The translations under genes were made by a program, and so were the position numbers. Below the pieces are notes generated by a model that saw only the letters and a list, made by a program, of their open reading frames with translations, was not told the DNA's origin and searched no databases. Positions 62,591-64,000 of a DNA stretch of 64,000 nt are shown here, one piece after another. Position 1 is the stretch's first letter. The number at the start of each line of letters is the position of its first letter. This stretch comes from Octopus sinensis (taxonomy: Eukaryota), in assembly GCF_006345805.1 (NCBI RefSeq), contig NC_043015.1:19096001-19160000 (forward strand), read 5' to 3'.

Positions 62591-64000
62591 CTTGTTTTAT
62601 TTATATTTCCTGAGCGCCATACTAATACAATTGTTTGTTTGTTTTCCACCTGCCTTCGTCTTTTGTCTATTTTCATAAAGCTTCCCGTTATATATATATA
62701 TACATATACATATAACCTGACTGAAACAAGTAAAAGAAAACTTAAAAGATATATATAATATCAATCTCTTGATTGAGAAACTTTAGTATCAAGCATATAC
62801 TAAGACCACATCACTACAGAGTGCCATATTTGTCAACTTAGACCACTACATAGGGGCCCCGTCATTGGTTTACATCTTTTGACAAAAAGTTTTTTCATGC
62901 CCACAAAGGAGAAAATGCTTTGGAGTTCAACAAGTAAAACATAATCATATCTCTTTCTCTTTCAAATTCTTTAATTTTCTTAACTAATTTTCTTAAGACT
63001 AAACGAAAAGAAAATAAGGTGATGTAGGGAAGAAATGGTTAAAAGTTTCATCATACAACTAATATTTATTGCAGATAGATATAATATACTATAAATACTC
63101 TTACATTTGCTTTTCAGCATTTCATTTTGCTTCTATTTTTTTTTTTTTATGCAACTGAATTTTCAGGCTTTATAAAAATCTTAAATACTCCAAATTTGAA
63201 AATATTTTTTCTTTGTTGTTATATCTGCATTTATTACTTCTTTGTTAGCTTTCAGTGTTGAGTAGTAAGACTATTTTCAGCACCATCTGACGTGCTATTA
63301 GAAACATGTGTCTGAGAATCTTCCATAACATACATATGAACATCTTTAGACTCTTTCACTACTTTGATCTCCATAGTTGGATAATTTTTATTTTTTGCTT
63401 TTTCCATTGGTGTTTCCTGTTCAATGAATTAAAAAAGATATTTTAATTTGATATTCTGATAATTAGCTTGAAACAATATATTACTTTAGTTTAATTACAA
63501 ATCATCTAATTCAAGTAAATATATATTTATGGCTACATACACTTTTTTTGTAAAATTAAGAAAATAAATTTTCCTAATAACAATTTCTTTCTCTGCCTTT
63601 CAGTATGAGGAATTAGCATAATCAATTTAATCAATGCAAATGTCTATTAATCTGTTGTTAATGCTTGTATAATGTTTCATAGAGCTAATTGTTTAGTAAA
63701 GTATCTAGTTACAAAACAGAACAGAAATATTTTATGGTATGCCTTGAAAGTGTTGCAAAAAACAAAACAAAACTCCTACAGTTTAGATTGTAGACTAGAT
63801 ATTTAGAAGATATATGAGTGTCAGCTGAAAAGTTTATAGGCTGATCAAGATACTCCCATGGAATGTGACCAAATTAGGTGTATTTTTCAGCACAGACTCC
63901 CTTGCAGTCTACACACTTCTTCCATCAGTGTTGCTCTGCTTGGATCCCATTGGTGAAGAAGTTTTCTTCTTTTAGGTCAAAAATGTCATCAACAGATATG

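Overview
Eukaryotic, AT-rich, microsatellite-dense DNA. It is most likely from a coleoid cephalopod (Octopus-like), inferred from the tRNA-derived SINE families and the molluscan neuropeptide. Only one host gene is well supported: the large last coding exon (26981-28223, +) of an amidated neuropeptide precursor with 20 xLDPLAS[G/S/D][L/I][I/L]-G-KR units (LASGLV/LASGLX-amide family). Its signal-peptide exon is not identified. The rest is transposon debris: mariner, Tc1, hAT, Chapaev-like, Helitron, RTE and R4/Dong-like LINEs, three Penelope-like elements (PLEs) and SINEs. Signals beyond this annotation: (1) a dispersed set of about 9 minimal type-I hammerhead-ribozyme-like motifs, including two in a spacer-less 158-bp palindrome; (2) an R4/Dong-like LINE whose three 3' ends all abut (CATA)n; (3) a ~4.6-kb fold-back inverted duplication and AT-garbled tracts that may be long-read artefacts. 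All calls were made by eye; no database searches were run.
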